64,000 nucleotides of DNA from Cyanophora paradoxa CCMP329 (GCA_004431415.1 QPMI01000416.1:186001-250000); one strand, 5' to 3'; shown: positions 25,571 through 40,100, counted from the first letter of the stretch. Notes: generated by a model from the letters alone, not told the origin. A program made the numbers and translations.

Positions 25571-28500
25571 ATGCCGCGCTCATGATCACAAACTTTGATT
25601 CGAAATTCGAAGGCCCGGCCCAGGGGACGAACGCGGTTCTCGAGTGGTCAGTGACCATCGCTTACGATGAGGTACGTATACGCTGTGCCGCAGCACTGCC
25701 GCTGCGCATGCAACGTCCTGATCATGATCATGAGTTCGAATTCGTCTCCAGTTCAATGATGTTCTCTGGCACGGCACAGGTGCATTTATATGCATGCTCC
25801 ATGTTTCTCGAGCTCGCATGCACGTGCAGGCCGATCCGATGATCTAACCCTAGGCCTGTTTCTCGCATGCGTGCGCATGCAGCGATGAACCTGTACAAGG
25901 TTCGGCTCATGACCATGATCAGCCGATAGCTATAGGGCATCCCGCCCGTCCTAATAGAGCCCGCTGCACCCTGACACCTAATCCGCAGATCAACACCACG
26001 ACTTGCACCATGGAGAAGCAGATGGGCAAAGCTCACAGCGCAGGCCTTCCTTACAACGGACAAGCTAACGTCGACGGTGACAGCTCCACGGCCCTGCTGT
26101 TGTAAGCCGCTGCAGCTGCGATTCTTAGATCTAGATCTCCGTTCCTTGATCCGACCCTGATGCTTTGTCGCATCCGCAGCTGGGTCGCCTCTTTTGCTCG
26201 TGCGCTCAAAATCCATGCGTCAGCCTCCTGCCGCCCCGACCGCAAACTGATCATCGCTGCTCGTGATCGTGTCCTCTGACAGCGCTGCCGAACAAGAAGG
26301 TCCTCGTCTCAGACGTACGTATACGTTGCTTCAATTTGGATTACGCGTTAATGTTACGTTTCGTCGCTGACTGCGCCGTATTCAATGGCTTTCGCCCCCC
26401 GCAGTACAACTGCCGCCGTGAGTGACGGCGCTCAGGGCATCAGGGGGCCGACCGCCGTGTGTCGACGTCTGAGCGCGAGGCGCAGTTCGCCTCTACGACC
26501 CTGCGATCAACGTCATTTCTGCCTTCGGAGGCCCGGACGGAGACCTTGGCTCCCCGGCCGGCGCATACAATCTCCAGTGCGCCACAGCAGCCACGCCCGA
26601 GAACACGGTCCGTCCGTTTCCGCGTGGGCTGCTCCTTCTGTCTGACCCCGTGCTGAGACGGGCGCGCGAGCAGATCGGACAGCGCCCGTCGAACGCGACA
26701 GGGCGCATGCTCACGGGCGTAATCCGCGGCCTGGCGTACTCCTCCGTGGAAGACCGGGTCTTCTTCTCCTGGGAGGTGGACACCATGCGCAGAAGCGAGA
26801 TCTGGAGCGTGCGGACTGACGGTGCGTGCATGCACCGGCGCCGCGCGTGCAAAGTAACCTAAAGGCGCCTGAACCTTCGGGTGCTCGGCACGCCTGCAGG
26901 AGGTGACGCTGTCGTCGTGGCCAAGAGATCCAGCCCCCCCGACTCGCAGAGGAGAACCGGTGAGCCGCTTCTCTGCCCTTGCGGGAGAGCGATTCGCAAG
27001 ATCGTCGCCATTGGGCCGGCCTGCAGCATTTATCGGCATCACGGCGGACCGCAACCAACCGTACATCTACTCGGTCTCCGCTGACGAGAACGTGTTCAAG
27101 GTGAAAGGGCTGCATCGAGCTCTATCTTTATGTTCAGAGCGCCGCCGACGGGAGTCGCGCAGATCTCGACAAGGCCCCCCTACACAATGCAGCAAATTGC
27201 GGGGCCTCTCTCAGGGAATGCAGATCTCGATCCTGTGTGGAATTCCGAGCATATCATGCGCGGCGGCTGGAGTCTCGCCTTCTTGCAGAATGCTGCGTGC
27301 GCTCCTTAAGCTTGCGACTGCTGCTCATGGCTTTCGCATGTAATTATAATGGCAGCGACTGAACGATTCATGATCACGCGATTCGAGCGCAGCACGGACC
27401 AAGCCCGGCTTGTTGTCCCGAGGGCGTACGGACGCGGACGAGAGATGTACGACGCGTATGGGCCTGACACCGGATACACGTGCGCGATTACGCAAGGCTA
27501 TTTTTGACGCTTCTAATTGGTCGCTGAAACCATTGCAGATACGTGCTAGACACGGCTGGCAGCCCGATCGGGGACGGGCGGCTCTGGCCGATCGCGCCCG
27601 TCGACATCTGCCCGAGCGTGGCGTATTCCAACAACTGGTACAACGAAAACTGCTGGTGGGAATTTTTACGGCTTCTACTACATCTCTACTCGTGACTAAT
27701 ATTGCAATCTCAGGACCCTCGGCACTGTGACCTCCAGGCCCGATGGTGCGAGCTCAAGCCTAGTGCCAGCACATGCATCTGGGCCTCTGATTGGGCCCAG
27801 GTGTCATTTATGTGATGTGGGGGAGCAATTTGTTCGGTGGTGGCGACATCGGCGGGAACGCCATCTTCGCATATCGGACAGAAAATGAGGCCAGCGCATA
27901 CGCCGTAAAATATATATATACATATTATAATTATTCTTTTTACCTGAGCGAGACATCTCGCAGATAAGAGCCCCTCCAGCGCCACTGCTGCCGCCTGGTG
28001 CAGACTCGAACCTTGCGGCTCTTCCCGCTGGGCAATAGTGCGAGCGCCCCGCCTGTTCTGTGCTTGTTCCTCACCAGTTCCAATATATATATATAGTGCA
28101 CATTGCGTCGGAATGTTCTCTGGCGATCCGTTTTACAGCGATCAGCCCTTCGGTGGTACGCATTCACATGCATGACATCGACGCTTGTTAGAGTTGACTC
28201 ATTTCGACCGCGAAACGCAGCTCTGTATCAGGGAACGAGCGCTAAGCTTGAGTGGCCGACCTCTCTCGGTTATGATCAGGTCCGCTGCCTGCGCATATCG
28301 CAGCCGTAGCCGTCGCTTTAATATTGTGAGTTCCCCGCAGTACAATCAGATTCTCTGGGCTGGCTCGTGTGCGTCGCCGAAGAGTCTTGTTTTTCGCAAG
28401 TCACTGAGTCATGCTTACTAAATGCGCATCCGAAACATCAACGCAGCTTACTCCCTCTTCAAGGTAAGCGCACGTCGTATGCACTTTGGCCACGCAGCGT

Positions 28501-31500
28501 TTGAGATTCCTGCGCGTGCAGATCAACACCACAACTTGCACTTTGGAGAAAAAGCTGGGAAAGATTCACGGTGGAGACTTCGGAGAATCTAACGTCGACG
28601 GCGACAGCTCCACTGCTCTGTTCAAGTAAGCATTGCCACTCTAGGCTGTCCATCCCCCCCCCCTCCCCTCCCCCCCCGCCCCCCCTCCCCACACACACAT
28701 GTGCACTTACAAACAAAACCCAAACCCCAATGCTTTGTCGCATCCGCAGCTGGGTCGCCTCTTTTGCTCGTGCGCTCAAAATCCATGCGTCAGCCTCCTG
28801 CCGCCCCGACCGCAAACTGATCATCGCTGCTCGTGATCGTGTCCTCTGACAGCGCTGCCGAACAAGAAGGTCCTCGTCTCAGACGTACGTATACGTTGCT
28901 TTGGAATACTCGTTAATGTTACGTTTCGTCGCTGACTGCGCCGTATTCAATGGCTTTCGCCCCCCGCAGTACAACTGCCGCCGTGAGTGACGGCGCTAAG
29001 GGCATCAGGGGGCCGACCGCCGTGCGTTGACGTCTGAGCGCGAGGCGCAGTTCGCCTCTACGACCCTGCGATCAACGTCATTTCTGCCTTCGGAGGCCCG
29101 GACGGAGACCTTGGCTCCCCGGCCGGCGCATACAATCTCCAGTGCGCCACAGCAGCCACGCCCGAGAACACGGTCCGTCCGTTTCCGCGTGGGCTGCTCC
29201 TTCTGTCTGACCCCGTGCTGAGACGGGCGCGCGAGAAGATCGGACAGCGCCCGTCGAACGCGACAGGGCGCATGCTCACGGGCGTAATCCGCGGCCTGGC
29301 GTACTCCTCCGTGGAAGACCGGGTCTTCTTCTCCTGGGAGGTGGACACCATGCGCAGAAGCGAGATCTGGAGCGTGCGGACTGACGGTGCGTGCATGCAC
29401 CGGCGCCGCGCGTGCAAAGTAACCTAAAGGCGCCTGAACCTTCGGGTGCTCGGCACGCCTGCAGGAGGTGACGCTGTCGTCGTGGCCAAGAGATCCAGCC
29501 CCCCCGACTCGCAGAGGAGAACCGGTGAGCCGCTTCTCTGCCCCTTGCGGGAGAGCGATTCGCAAGATCGTCGCCATTGGGCCGGCCTGCAGCATTTATC
29601 GGCATCACGGCGGACCGCAACCAACCGTACATCTACTCGGTCTCCGCTGACGAGAACGTGTTCAAGGTGAAAGGGCTGCATCGAGCTCTATCTTTATGTT
29701 CAGAGCGCCGCCGACGGGAGTCGCGCAGATCTCGACAAGGCCCCCCTACACAATGCAGCAAATTGCGGAGGCCCTCGGTGGAGGTCCAGACCCCTTGTTC
29801 GGATACGGCCACATTACTCGCGGGTCCTCGGGCCTCGCCTTCGTGCAGGATGCTGCGTGCGCCCCTTGCGACTGCTGCTCATGATCATGCCTCTCGCGTC
29901 GTTTTAATTCGTAGCGTTTCGACTGGTTAACAGCGGAGAGCAATCCCGGCTGATTGTTCCGAGGACGTATGGACCCGCACGGGATTTGTACAACGTGTAT
30001 GGACCTGACGCTGGATACACGTGCGCGCGCGGTTCTTCAGAGCAGTATCATCATTCCAGATCCTGAAAAATCGCAGATACGTGCTAGACACGGCTGGCAG
30101 CCCGATCGGGGACGGGCGGCTCTGGCCGATCGCGCCCGTCGACATCTGCCCGAGCGTGGCGTATTCCAACAACTGGTACAACGAAAACTGCGTGTACGTA
30201 TATATACGTCGTTCATGCTTTCCTCGTGTCAATTGAAGTCACTCGTTTCCTGTAGAACTCTGGGCGTCATTACTGCCAGGCCGGATGGTCGACTCTTTTT
30301 TGTCATGAGATAAGAGCGCCCCTGACTAGTACTGCTGCTCTGCGCTCTCAGGTGTAATCTACATGATCTGGGGCAGTATTCTATTCCAACAATATGGGAC
30401 AGATTTTAGTTCGGGCATCTTTGCATACCGCCCCGTCTCCGCCACAGGCCTAGGGGGCTTAAGCTTACCGGACAGCGGCTCCAACTCTGCGCCCAAATGC
30501 CCCGTACCACCAAAGGACACCGTGTTCACATCCAAGTATCAGGTCCGGATCCGTCCCGTCTGCTCAACGCTCTAGATCTGCTGTTCCCGCCTAACCACGT
30601 GCACCGGCTATGCATTAGATTGCATGCCCCCAGAACTTGACCCTCTCGCGGGTAGAGCCGATTGATGTGCCCGTCGGAAATGTCACAAAGCGTCTCTGTG
30701 GCGCCCGCATGCCCGACCTACGCTACCTAATTCCTGGTTTGTCGCCAAATCATGGTTAACGGTTTTCCATTTGTTGACGTCGGTGCAGGGAACTGGTCGG
30801 ACGCGCGTGTTTCGATCACACAGGAACCGAAGGAGGGGACCTTCTTACCCATGTCGATGGGCTTGAATGGCGCCGTAACGAGTCAGGAATGGATTGACGC
30901 TGGATTTGGAGGACCTCGAGCTCTAGATCTGTCGGACGGTGTCCGAGCCAGCGTCAGCGTCGTCAATCCTACGTTTGCGGTGCGCCTTATATATATATAA
31001 CTATTGACCCCTTCCATGAAAATGAGTGTTTTGTAGGGACCCGAAGGATCCTGCTCATTCCGCCTCTTTGTTTGGAGCGCCGGTCCCCCGCTCTGCAAGG
31101 AAGCCTGCCCGAAGCGGGTTGTGGCGCTCCGCATCAATGAAACCTGCGGAGTCGTCATTCCCGACATCAAGGCAAACTTGACGCTGCAAGCCCCTGACTG
31201 CATCCCGCCACGGCCCGTCACTACCAGCGACTACGAAGTCGTCGAAGCGGGTGAGAGGCCGCTTCAGCCCGCGCCTGGCGAGAAGTGGGACATCGCCGGG
31301 CCACCTCCGTACTCCAAGGAGGCCCGCATTCGCCATAGAGACTTCCCCAGTGGCCCCGCGTGCTCCGTTCGCCTTGTGGTTCGTCCTTCCGGTGTTCAAA
31401 CGGTTTCTTTCTTTCTTTGTGGCTTTTAATGCTCGTGAACTGCGGCAGGCCTACCTCCCCGCAGATCCACAAGTCTCGTGGGCCGTCCGGGTGGAAGGCG

Positions 31501-31906
31501 ACGACAAGGCACTAAATACCTCGTCGATATCCGCGCTGGGGCCTGACCCGGCAGTCACGGGGTGGGCCCGCCGCGTTCACGCCACGTGCGTCCGTGTACA
31601 CATTTGGCCGGCACACCGATGACCTGCAGCTGCTGCAGAGTAAACGGTGCGTGCCCGGGAGTGGTGCTGTACCACTGCAAGCCGCGCGTGTCTGTCGAGA
31701 CGAATCCGAAGCTGGGCGCAAATGACGTCGATGCTGCTGGCAACTTCACGTTTGCGCCGTATCGCGGGGCGTGGTCCCTCCGTCTATTCGACCCCACCGC
31801 CAACGGCATCACGGCTGAATTCAGCCGCGAGGTCCCGGATAGCTACTTGACCAACCCAAGGTGCCGAAGATGCACTTGCGACCCATGCTCAGTGCTGTCG
31901 CAGTAA
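25571..31906 (+). CDS. Large multi-exon, Cys-containing putative secreted protein with an internally duplicated module
   Basis: Protein-like exons between GT-AG introns (IRGLAYSSVEDRVFFSWEVDTMRRSEIWSVRTD, beta-propeller-like; YVLDTAGSPIGDGRLWPIAPVDICPSVAYSNNWYNENC; GNFTFAPYRGAWSLRLFDP...CRRCTCDPC). Family not recognised. Confidence 0.45.
26160..29768. repeat. Direct duplication, 26160-27202 versus 28730-29768 (offset about 2.57 kb)
   Basis: Near-identical including introns. More diverged homology continues on both sides (25985-26090 vs 28518-28610; 27535-27652 vs 30073-30191). Confidence 0.92.
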
Positions 31907-32024
31907 TCCACGAGCAGCGTTGCGCCTGGAGAAATTCTTCGGACCTACTTTGTTGGCCTTACCTGTGGGCAATATAATGGATGGTTCATGCCTGGCCGTA
32001 CACGTGGCCTCACACGTGCATGCA

Positions 32025-33963
32025 GGTGCCTTCGAAGAGTGGCGTCCGGAGCTCGAGGCCGGAAAGCTTTCTCCCGTGTTCGTCTCCCTTGAACAAGGCC
32101 CTGGCCCCCTGCCCCGCCGGCCCGTCCCCGCCGGCTCCGAGGGCCGCGCCTCCGCCCTCCCCGCCGCCCGCGCGGCCCAGGCCGCCCTCCTCGCCGCCGG
32201 TTCGGATCCCGCCGGCGACTTTGCCGCCGGCATGCTCCGGTCCGACTTCCCCCCCCCCTCAAAAAAAGGCGTACTTACCTGAACGGCGTACCCTCCAGGG
32301 TCATGAACGAGGCGCCGAACGCGCGGAAGAACGCCGTCCGCGGCGCCGTCGCGTGCGTCCGTACCCCCACCCTTCGCTTCGTATGCCGTACCCCTACCCG
32401 AGCATCCATGTACCCCCCGCAGGATGTGCCTGCACCCAGGAGACGGACCGGAGCCGCAGCACATCGAGAAGGCGCACGCATCGCGCCGCAGGGTATGCGA
32501 TTCTTCTCCTACCCGCCCTTCGTTTCTCCTGAAAAGCGCCGCCAAGCAAATCGAGGAGCTGGCCTGGTGCCTCGCTCACCTGAGCGCCTTCCCGGAGGGC
32601 GCCCACGCCGCCCTCCCGCACGCCCCCGCCCTCCGCAAGGTACCCCCCCTTCCCCCCATCCCCATCCCCATCCCCCCCCCTAACTTTCGGCGCAGGTCAT
32701 CGCGAAGGCCGCCGAAGGGGAGGGGGACCCCGAGGCAGAGGCGGTGCGTCCGGGGTCAAAGGGGCGCGCCGGCTCCTAGCTTTGAGCTTCTCCTTCAAAG
32801 CTGAGCCCGAGATAAATAGGGCCGGGACCCTAGAGTGCCCCCCCTCTGTGCTCGAGCCAGGCCTAGGCCTGGGGCGCGCCGAGCTCTTCCGAGAACCGCG
32901 AACTGTTTGTTGACCGCCTTCGAACTCGGTTCGCGCAGCTTTACTCTGGCCACTCGTGGGAGACCCCGGAGGATGACGTCGTCACCGGCGCCATCGGCAG
33001 CGCCGTCGCCGGTGCGCCGCGCCCTCCGCTACCACCCCCCCCTCCCCCCTCCCCCTTCAATATCCCCTGAGGCTTGGGCCCTCCCCCTACCCCCCGCAGG
33101 GTGCGCCGCGGCGCTGCTCCGCCTCCGCGCCGCGTACCTCGACAAGGTCCCGGCGCTGACCGCCACGGAGAACAAGCGCGTATCCCCTGTGTCGAGCCCT
33201 GTGCCTCTTTCTTTCTGACGGGGGTCTGCACGGCGGCGCAGGTTCGCGGTCGGGATGGCCTCATTGTTCAAGGCAATACCCCTCCCTCCTATTCCCCCTC
33301 CCCCTCCCCCCGCGTGACGGCGTACCCCCAGACCGTCGCGAACGACGTCTTCAAGAAGCGGAACTACGCCCTCGCCTCCCTCCTCTACGGTTACCCCCCC
33401 CCCCCCTCCCACCGCCCCCCCCCCTCCGAGCCCCCCTCCGCCTCAGGGGTGGGCCTAGCGAGCTGCCCGGGGTCGGAGCGGTAGACGCGGGCGGCCCTCT
33501 GCGGGAACCTCGCCGAGGCGAACTTCGCCCTGGGCGGTGCGCCCGCCCCTCTTTCCCTTTCAGTTCAGGGCTTTTTAAGTCAAAGGAAGTTTAAGCGTCA
33601 CCCCCTTTCCCTGTCACCCCCTTTCCCTGTTACCCCCTTTCCCTGCAACTTCATGCTTACTATAAGAGTACTTAAGCTTCAACTCTAAAGCGGTTTCCTC
33701 TCCTCAAAAAAGGCCTGTCCCGACCTCGGGGCCGGCAGCGGCGTGGGCGGAGGAGGCCCTCCTGGCCGCCGAGGAGTCCCTCCGGGAGGCTGAGGTCGGT
33801 TTCTTTGCGTTTCTATCACCGGATTACAGGACGAAACAGTAAATGTCGTTGATGTTCCTCGCGGCAGGCGGCGGGGCAGGGGGAGGGGCCCGTGGCGGCC
33901 AAGGCCCGCGCCCGCGCCGCCCGCGCCCGCGCCCTCCTCGGGGCCCCCGCTCCCGCAGCGTGA
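32025..33963 (+). CDS. GC-rich multi-exon gene, helical/TPR-like C-terminus
   Basis: Exons SAAKQIEELAWCLAHLSAF; TVANDVFKKRNYALASLLY; RAALCGNLAEANFALG; AWAEEALLAAEESL fit a TPR pattern. Boundaries uncertain. Confidence 0.4.
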
Positions 33964-35580
33964 GTAAGAGGCTCGCGATACGTACTACGAGACTTTATGT
34001 ATCAAGATCTGAAGTTACGCAATCGCTTGAATTTCAGCTTCTGCCCGGATCGGGCCTCCAGGGTCCGTCCATGCAGGCAAGTTCGCGGGGTTCGAGACCG
34101 AGGGGTTCGTTGTGCACGCAGCTGCAGAAGGCTGGGAGTGCCCTCTGCCTCTAGATATCCCCTCCCCTCCTCCCCTCCTCCTCGGAGGCCCCTGCGCTGG
34201 AGCTGCGCATGCGCAGATGTAGTTGATCTCGAATCGAACAATTCCGAGCAATCAGACGCGTCGGCGCGCGGCTGGCTGCGGCCCGTCCATGGCGCCGCCG
34301 CTGTCGCTCAGCGTGACCAGCGTGAGGTAGGCAGCTGGCGCGCCGAGCGGCGGCGCGAAATGGGCGTCGAGTTGGCGGCCTAGCTGGCCTCGGCGGCGGG
34401 CCTCGTTGCCGGCCATTCCGTAGGAGATTCAGGAGCGCGCGCGTTAGGGGATTGCTTCTATGTTGTCTTCGGTGCGGCGAGGAGCGCCGCGGGAGCGGCC
34501 GCGGCGACGTCGGCTGGCCGCAAAGTCGGCCGGCTTTCGCGCAAAGCCCACGCCGCCACGCGCCGCAGCGTTAGTGAACGCGCGGCAGCCTTGGCGTGGC
34601 ACACTGGCGCGGCGACGTGTTCCGTCAACACGCGGACGGCGCCCGGCCCCCGCTCCCTTGCTTGGCGCTGGAGCTCATCGGCGCTCTCTCATTTCGTTCC
34701 GCTCCTCATCTCCTCGCAGTCGAGTCGCTAGATGGCGGTTCTTTTCCACATACAGGGAAGCTCAGGTATTTCCGTGGACTTTTGCTTGTCAGGCGTAGTG
34801 CCTTTCCTGCCCTCCGCTATACGTGGGTCTTCCCTAGGGCGGACTTCCACGTCTGGAGGGTGTTTGCGCGCTCTGTTTGCCTTCATCGGTCTGCGTAGGG
34901 CGCTGGGCTTTTTCTGCGTAGGGCGCTGGGCTTTTTCTGCCGCCCCGCAGGCCTCTCGTCCCATTTGTAGATATAGGACGTAGATAGAATTTCTCACCAC
35001 TTAGACAGAGCACAGCACTCGACGGTCCTCAGTGTTATCTAGTCGGAGAGATAAATTGGGCGATGTGAAACTCCTAGTAGTTGTTGTTGTGTGCTAATGC
35101 AAATCGTCTTTCGAACAATTCCGAGCAGTTAGTTGATCGCTCGGTCCGGACAGCCGCGAGGGCGCCGGCCGTCGGACCGCGAGGCCCGGATTCGGAGGCC
35201 GCTCGCGATTGTAGGGGAGCCGCGGGAGCGCCCGGCCGTACACTGTGACATGCGAGCTTAGGGGGGCTATAGCTATAGCTTTTTTACGTGCGAATTTGAA
35301 ACCGTGAACAACATCAACTGCGCCCGCGCCTCGGCGCCCAGCCGCATGCGCAGCGACCGTCAACGTCGGATTTGGACCGCCGCGAGGGCCGTCGGACCGC
35401 GAGGCGCCGGCGCCGGGCCGGCTCGGGCCCCGGAGCCTAGGTGCCCTGAGGGCCGGAGGGAGCGCCGCCGCGGCGCGCGCGCGCCGCGCGCGCCGGCCCG
35501 CGCGCGCGTGGCGCCGAGTCGGGTTGCGATCGGGTCCTCGTGCCACAGAGTAGCATTTTTCGCGACATGAATCTATATAT

Positions 35581-35770
35581 GAGCGCAAGCTGTCTGAGCC
35601 TGTACGTATACATCACACGTTCCCGTATATACGTATACGTACATCGATATCATGCCAGTACGGGTAACCTCTAACATGGCTCACACCGGGTCACGGGTAG
35701 ATGAGGGAATCCGATGATCACTGGTTAGATCTAGTAATATTAATGGATGGGTGCTTTCTTTCGCGAGCAT
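35581..35770. repeat. Dispersed repeat, copy 2 (copy 1 at 20832-21010)
   Basis: Same conserved blocks as 20832-21010. Confidence 0.8.
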
Positions 35771-36012
35771 GCAATCATGAATCTGAATGAATCGATCTCG
35801 ATCACGTGAGCAAGATCTCTAGAGATCCTAGGTCTATTGCTAGATCGATCTAGTTGATCATCGAGTCGGCCGCAGCGATCGCGATCGCGTCGTCGCGATC
35901 GTACGTGATCTGGATTCTGGACTGGCCCAGTGGGCCGGCGCCCCGCCGGCCCGGGTCCCGGCCCCCGGGGCCGGGGGCCCGGGACTCGCGCGTGATCGGT
36001 GCGAATCCCGGC

Positions 36013-36207
36013 GGGAGTCGGGAGTCGGGAGTCGGGAGTCGGGAGTCGGGAGTCGGGAGTCGGGAGTCGGGAGTCGGGACTCGGGAGTCGGGAGTCGAGT
36101 TCTAGTCGGGACTCGGGAGTCGGGATCGGTCGCGACTGGCGATCATCGGACTCCGGGATCGGGACTCGGGAGTCGCCGATCGCGAGAGTCGGGACTCGGG
36201 AGTCGGG
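36013..36207. repeat. (GGGAGTC)n heptamer minisatellite
   Basis: About 12 near-perfect units at 36013-36097, with degenerate units to about 36207. Confidence 0.9.
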
Positions 36208-37191
36208 GCTACGTAGGTATAGCTTGCAGGCAGTTTGGAGCTTTGACCGGGCCTATTACCGGCCCGCCGCGCGCGTACGTACGCATATACTACCGTACTA
36301 CGGTAGTATACGTCTAGCGTACGGTCGCCGGGTTGCCGGCGACTTGCCGCAGCTGCCGCAGTGCATGTTGAAGCTGCCGATCGTAGTCGCAGCATACGTA
36401 TACGTATAACGGTAAACGGTGTATCGATAACGCGTACGGCATGCGTAGGCAAGATCGTATCGGCAAGATCAAGAGATCGCCGATCTGCGCAGGCACATGC
36501 ATGCGCGCACATATGCATGCGCTGGAGCACATGTCAATGCTGCTCCGCTTGACTGTGTTCTTCTACGTTTGTTGTGTGCTATCGCAGCTTTCAGCAGCAG
36601 CAACGCATGCATATGCAGCTAGCGATCGTGATCGATCGAGGACTCGGGCATCTGATCATGAAGATTCGCACATGCAGGCCGAGCGCAGCAGCGGTGCGCT
36701 CGATCTGCCTTCTCATTCCTTCGCTTGGCCTGATCATTACCTGTACGTATATACGTACCTGCCGCTGACCCTGCATGCGCTCGCGCGCATATGCATGCGC
36801 AGCTGAGCACAAGTCGACGTCTCGCGATCGCGATCGAGCATGGTCATGGGGCGCGTCTCCTCGAACAGTGCGGTCGAGGAAAGATCTGCCGGCTTTCGCT
36901 CGCCGGCCTTTTGACGAGAAGGAGAACGAGCGGGTGGAGCGGCACTTTCACGAGTCCTGGCGCGCGCAACGCGCATGTGAGGACGTCGAAGTCGACACGG
37001 ACCATTCGCGTTCGAATTCGGCCACAGGCGACGCTAGCGCTCGAGCTCATGATGATCAGTCTGAGCCCACAAGGCCCAAGTCGGCGGTGAGCGCTATCGC
37101 CCCCGGCCTGGCCCGGCCCGGCGGCCGCGGCCACCATCGCTAGCTATATAGCTGCGCATATGCATGCCTCAGTGCAGCGTTAGTAGCTGCA

Positions 37192-40100
37192 GTGAATCCG
37201 CTGGCCGCGGTCACATGCAAACTGACCGCCCGCGCCTTGGTGCGTGCCGGTACGCAGCGCGCACGTGCTCGGCCATCGCATCCCTTTCATCGGGATTATG
37301 AGCAGAGTCAAGGCCTAGGTATATATCTTTTTACGCTTTCCGCGATGCATATGGCCGCGGCCGGTGATCGCGCGCGCTCACGATCATCGTCAGGGCCGAA
37401 TTCGAATTCGAAACCAGAAGACCGCGGCCGTATGGGTGCAGACACCGGCGAGGACGCGCATGCGCACGTTCACCCCACGGCCCCGTGGAAAGTGTTCGAG
37501 GAGACCATCCTCCACCCCACGGGGACGAGGGCCCGCTTCTGCAGCGGCAAGGGCGCCCATGCCCATCGCAACACAAGCAAGAGCCGAACGTTACTGGATG
37601 ACGTCGACGTCGATATCGATGCGGAGGATCCTGCAGCTGCCGCAGGGGAATCGGAGGATCCGGAGCCTGTGGCTGCAATGCTGCGGTATGCTGTGCAGCC
37701 CCGTCCGGAACGCGTCGATCTGGACAGCGTCTTCGAATCCGCTCCCGGTCTGCTGTCGATCCGCTGCGAGCCGGCGCGCCTCGTCTTTCGCACGCGGTGG
37801 CCCTCTCCCGCGGCGGATGCAATCGGCGCATGGTCTCCTGGCGCGCTGCTTGCGTCTAGAGGGAAGCACGCCTGCGCACTCGATGGCAAGAGCATACTGC
37901 GGAGAATAACTCGCCTCCCCGCCGTCCTGTCCAGTGTCCACGACCAGAGCCCTGTGGAGGCCTTGATCGAAGTACGCTCTCATTCTGTGCCTTTCACAGT
38001 GCGTGTCAGATCTTATTCGAGCGTTATCATGACTTGTCATGACTTGGACTGCTTGCAAATATTATTTCATGCGCAGGATTTGTTCTACGCTGGCCACATT
38101 CAAATGTTCCTTGACAACCCTTCCGAACTCCGTACTGACACGGCCACGGGCACTAGCACTGGCCCTAATAATACCACAAAAGAAGATACAAGTACTCTTA
38201 CCGAAACGAATTCCGACCCATCCAATACCAATGGCGGACAAATCTCGGCGGAAGCTGCTGAACGATGGAGATCGCTGCTCTGGACCTTCGAAATCAAATT
38301 CGATCCCCAGAGATTCGATCTTTACTCAATCAGTGCGCGCTAAATACATGGATCAAGATACCCTAGGCCTCATGCATTCTTGCAGATAAGGATTTTTCTT
38401 TTTCGGAGACTTTTGGGATGATTACGCTTCAGTGCAATCCCTGTTATTTCAGATTTGCGTCCTACTTGGTTCTTGAAGTCATGATGGCGTTCACCACCGA
38501 CTGGAGTTTATTCGAAGACGTGTCGCCGTGGGAGCGGCCAAGCGTTGATTTTAATTTCGGCATTGCTACCGATTGGGAGCTTCGAATGGATTTTAAATTA
38601 ATTTTGCAGTGCGTGTCGGTTCTGTTCTCGATTCGTTCCTTTTTGTTTACAGACTTTGACAAAAATGTAGTTCTTATCGGAACCTTATCAAGCTCTATAC
38701 AACGCCCTTTAACCTGCCTTCCTTCGAGATCGATGACGTCGAGGTTCGTCTTTTGTTGTACTTTTTGGCACACGTGCAATTGACCACTTACATGCGACAG
38801 GTGGATCTGGTGGCAGAGATTGGAGTTGGAATCGAACTGAAAGTCGACCTCCAACATCCCATAGTCGCATACGCCAATTTTTTGATTCCCTCGCCAGGCT
38901 TTTACCTGTAAGTGTCACGATACCTTGAAATCTTCGTTAAAAATGCTGCGTCCACCTGCAGGGGAATTTACTACAGACAAGGCATCTATAGCACCCGTGC
39001 GGATAAAGGGCCTGAGTACGGAGTCGTGCGTCGCCGATGACATTATCATTATTATTTGAATTGATAATTAAAATTACTCCAGAAGCCGCAAGGGGGGGTG
39101 GAACAGCCAACTTTCACTCGAGGCATCGATGCCCCCCAAACGAATTCTATTACCGCAACAATCGGTCCAGCGTGAGTGCATGCGAATGCGAACTTGAGTA
39201 TTTATTTACAATATTGATGACAAATTCCGCACATCGACAGGATCTTTCTCAATTTCGAAATACCCCTTTTATATCGATTCGAAGCATCTTATACCCCGGT
39301 GGGCCTGTACGTATCGGCGGCGACCAACGAAGATTCTTCTGGCGGTCTTGGGGTGCGCTGACTAGCTATAGCTTCCGACCTTCAGCCCTTTTCGTAACTT
39401 TACATGCGCATATCGTGGGCTTTGCAGATAACGCTAAGCGGAGGGCTCGCGTTTAACGGCTGGTATGTTCAAAGTTATCCGATGTGTCTTTTATCGGACG
39501 AAGATCTGCGCGACCTGTGCACCTGGGCGCTTAAATTCCTTAACTTTAAGAAGTCATATGCCGGATCGCAAAAAGCGCTCGTAACCATCAAATATTATCG
39601 TGAGTCTTTCTCTCGTCTTTGCCTTTCTCTTCATCTTGATGATAATCAATCGCGCTTTTCGATATATAGCACCCTCCGTAGATGGGCTACCCCCTTCGAT
39701 TAATCTGGCGCCTAGCGCATCGTACTCGATTCCGTTTACAGCAACCAGCCTCAGCGGGGGAACCATCTCCTCTAATGGCATTTCTTTCCAGTCTTCGTCG
39801 ACCAGCGTCACGGCGACCTGTTCTGGATACGGTTCCTCCTACACGCTCACTCTGCGGGCGAGCTCATCCGCATCGAGTGCCGAAGTGGAGGCGCGAGTTT
39901 TCTGGTTATGTTTTACATTTCTAACCGCTTGTAGATCACTAATTAAATATAATGCACGCTCTTCATCTCAGATCACAATGACCGTCACGAGCTCTCAGTT
40001 CACACGGGCTAAACGCAAGATTACGGTCAAAGTGACGCCGTTGCAGCCATTGCAGCCTTCTGGGCAGCCGTCTGGAAGTGCGTGTCTTTTTTTCAAAGTT

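Noticed and set aside
36013-36207. Possible telomeric repeat
   Set aside because: GGGAGTC is short, interstitial and degenerate, and does not match TTAGGG-type repeats.
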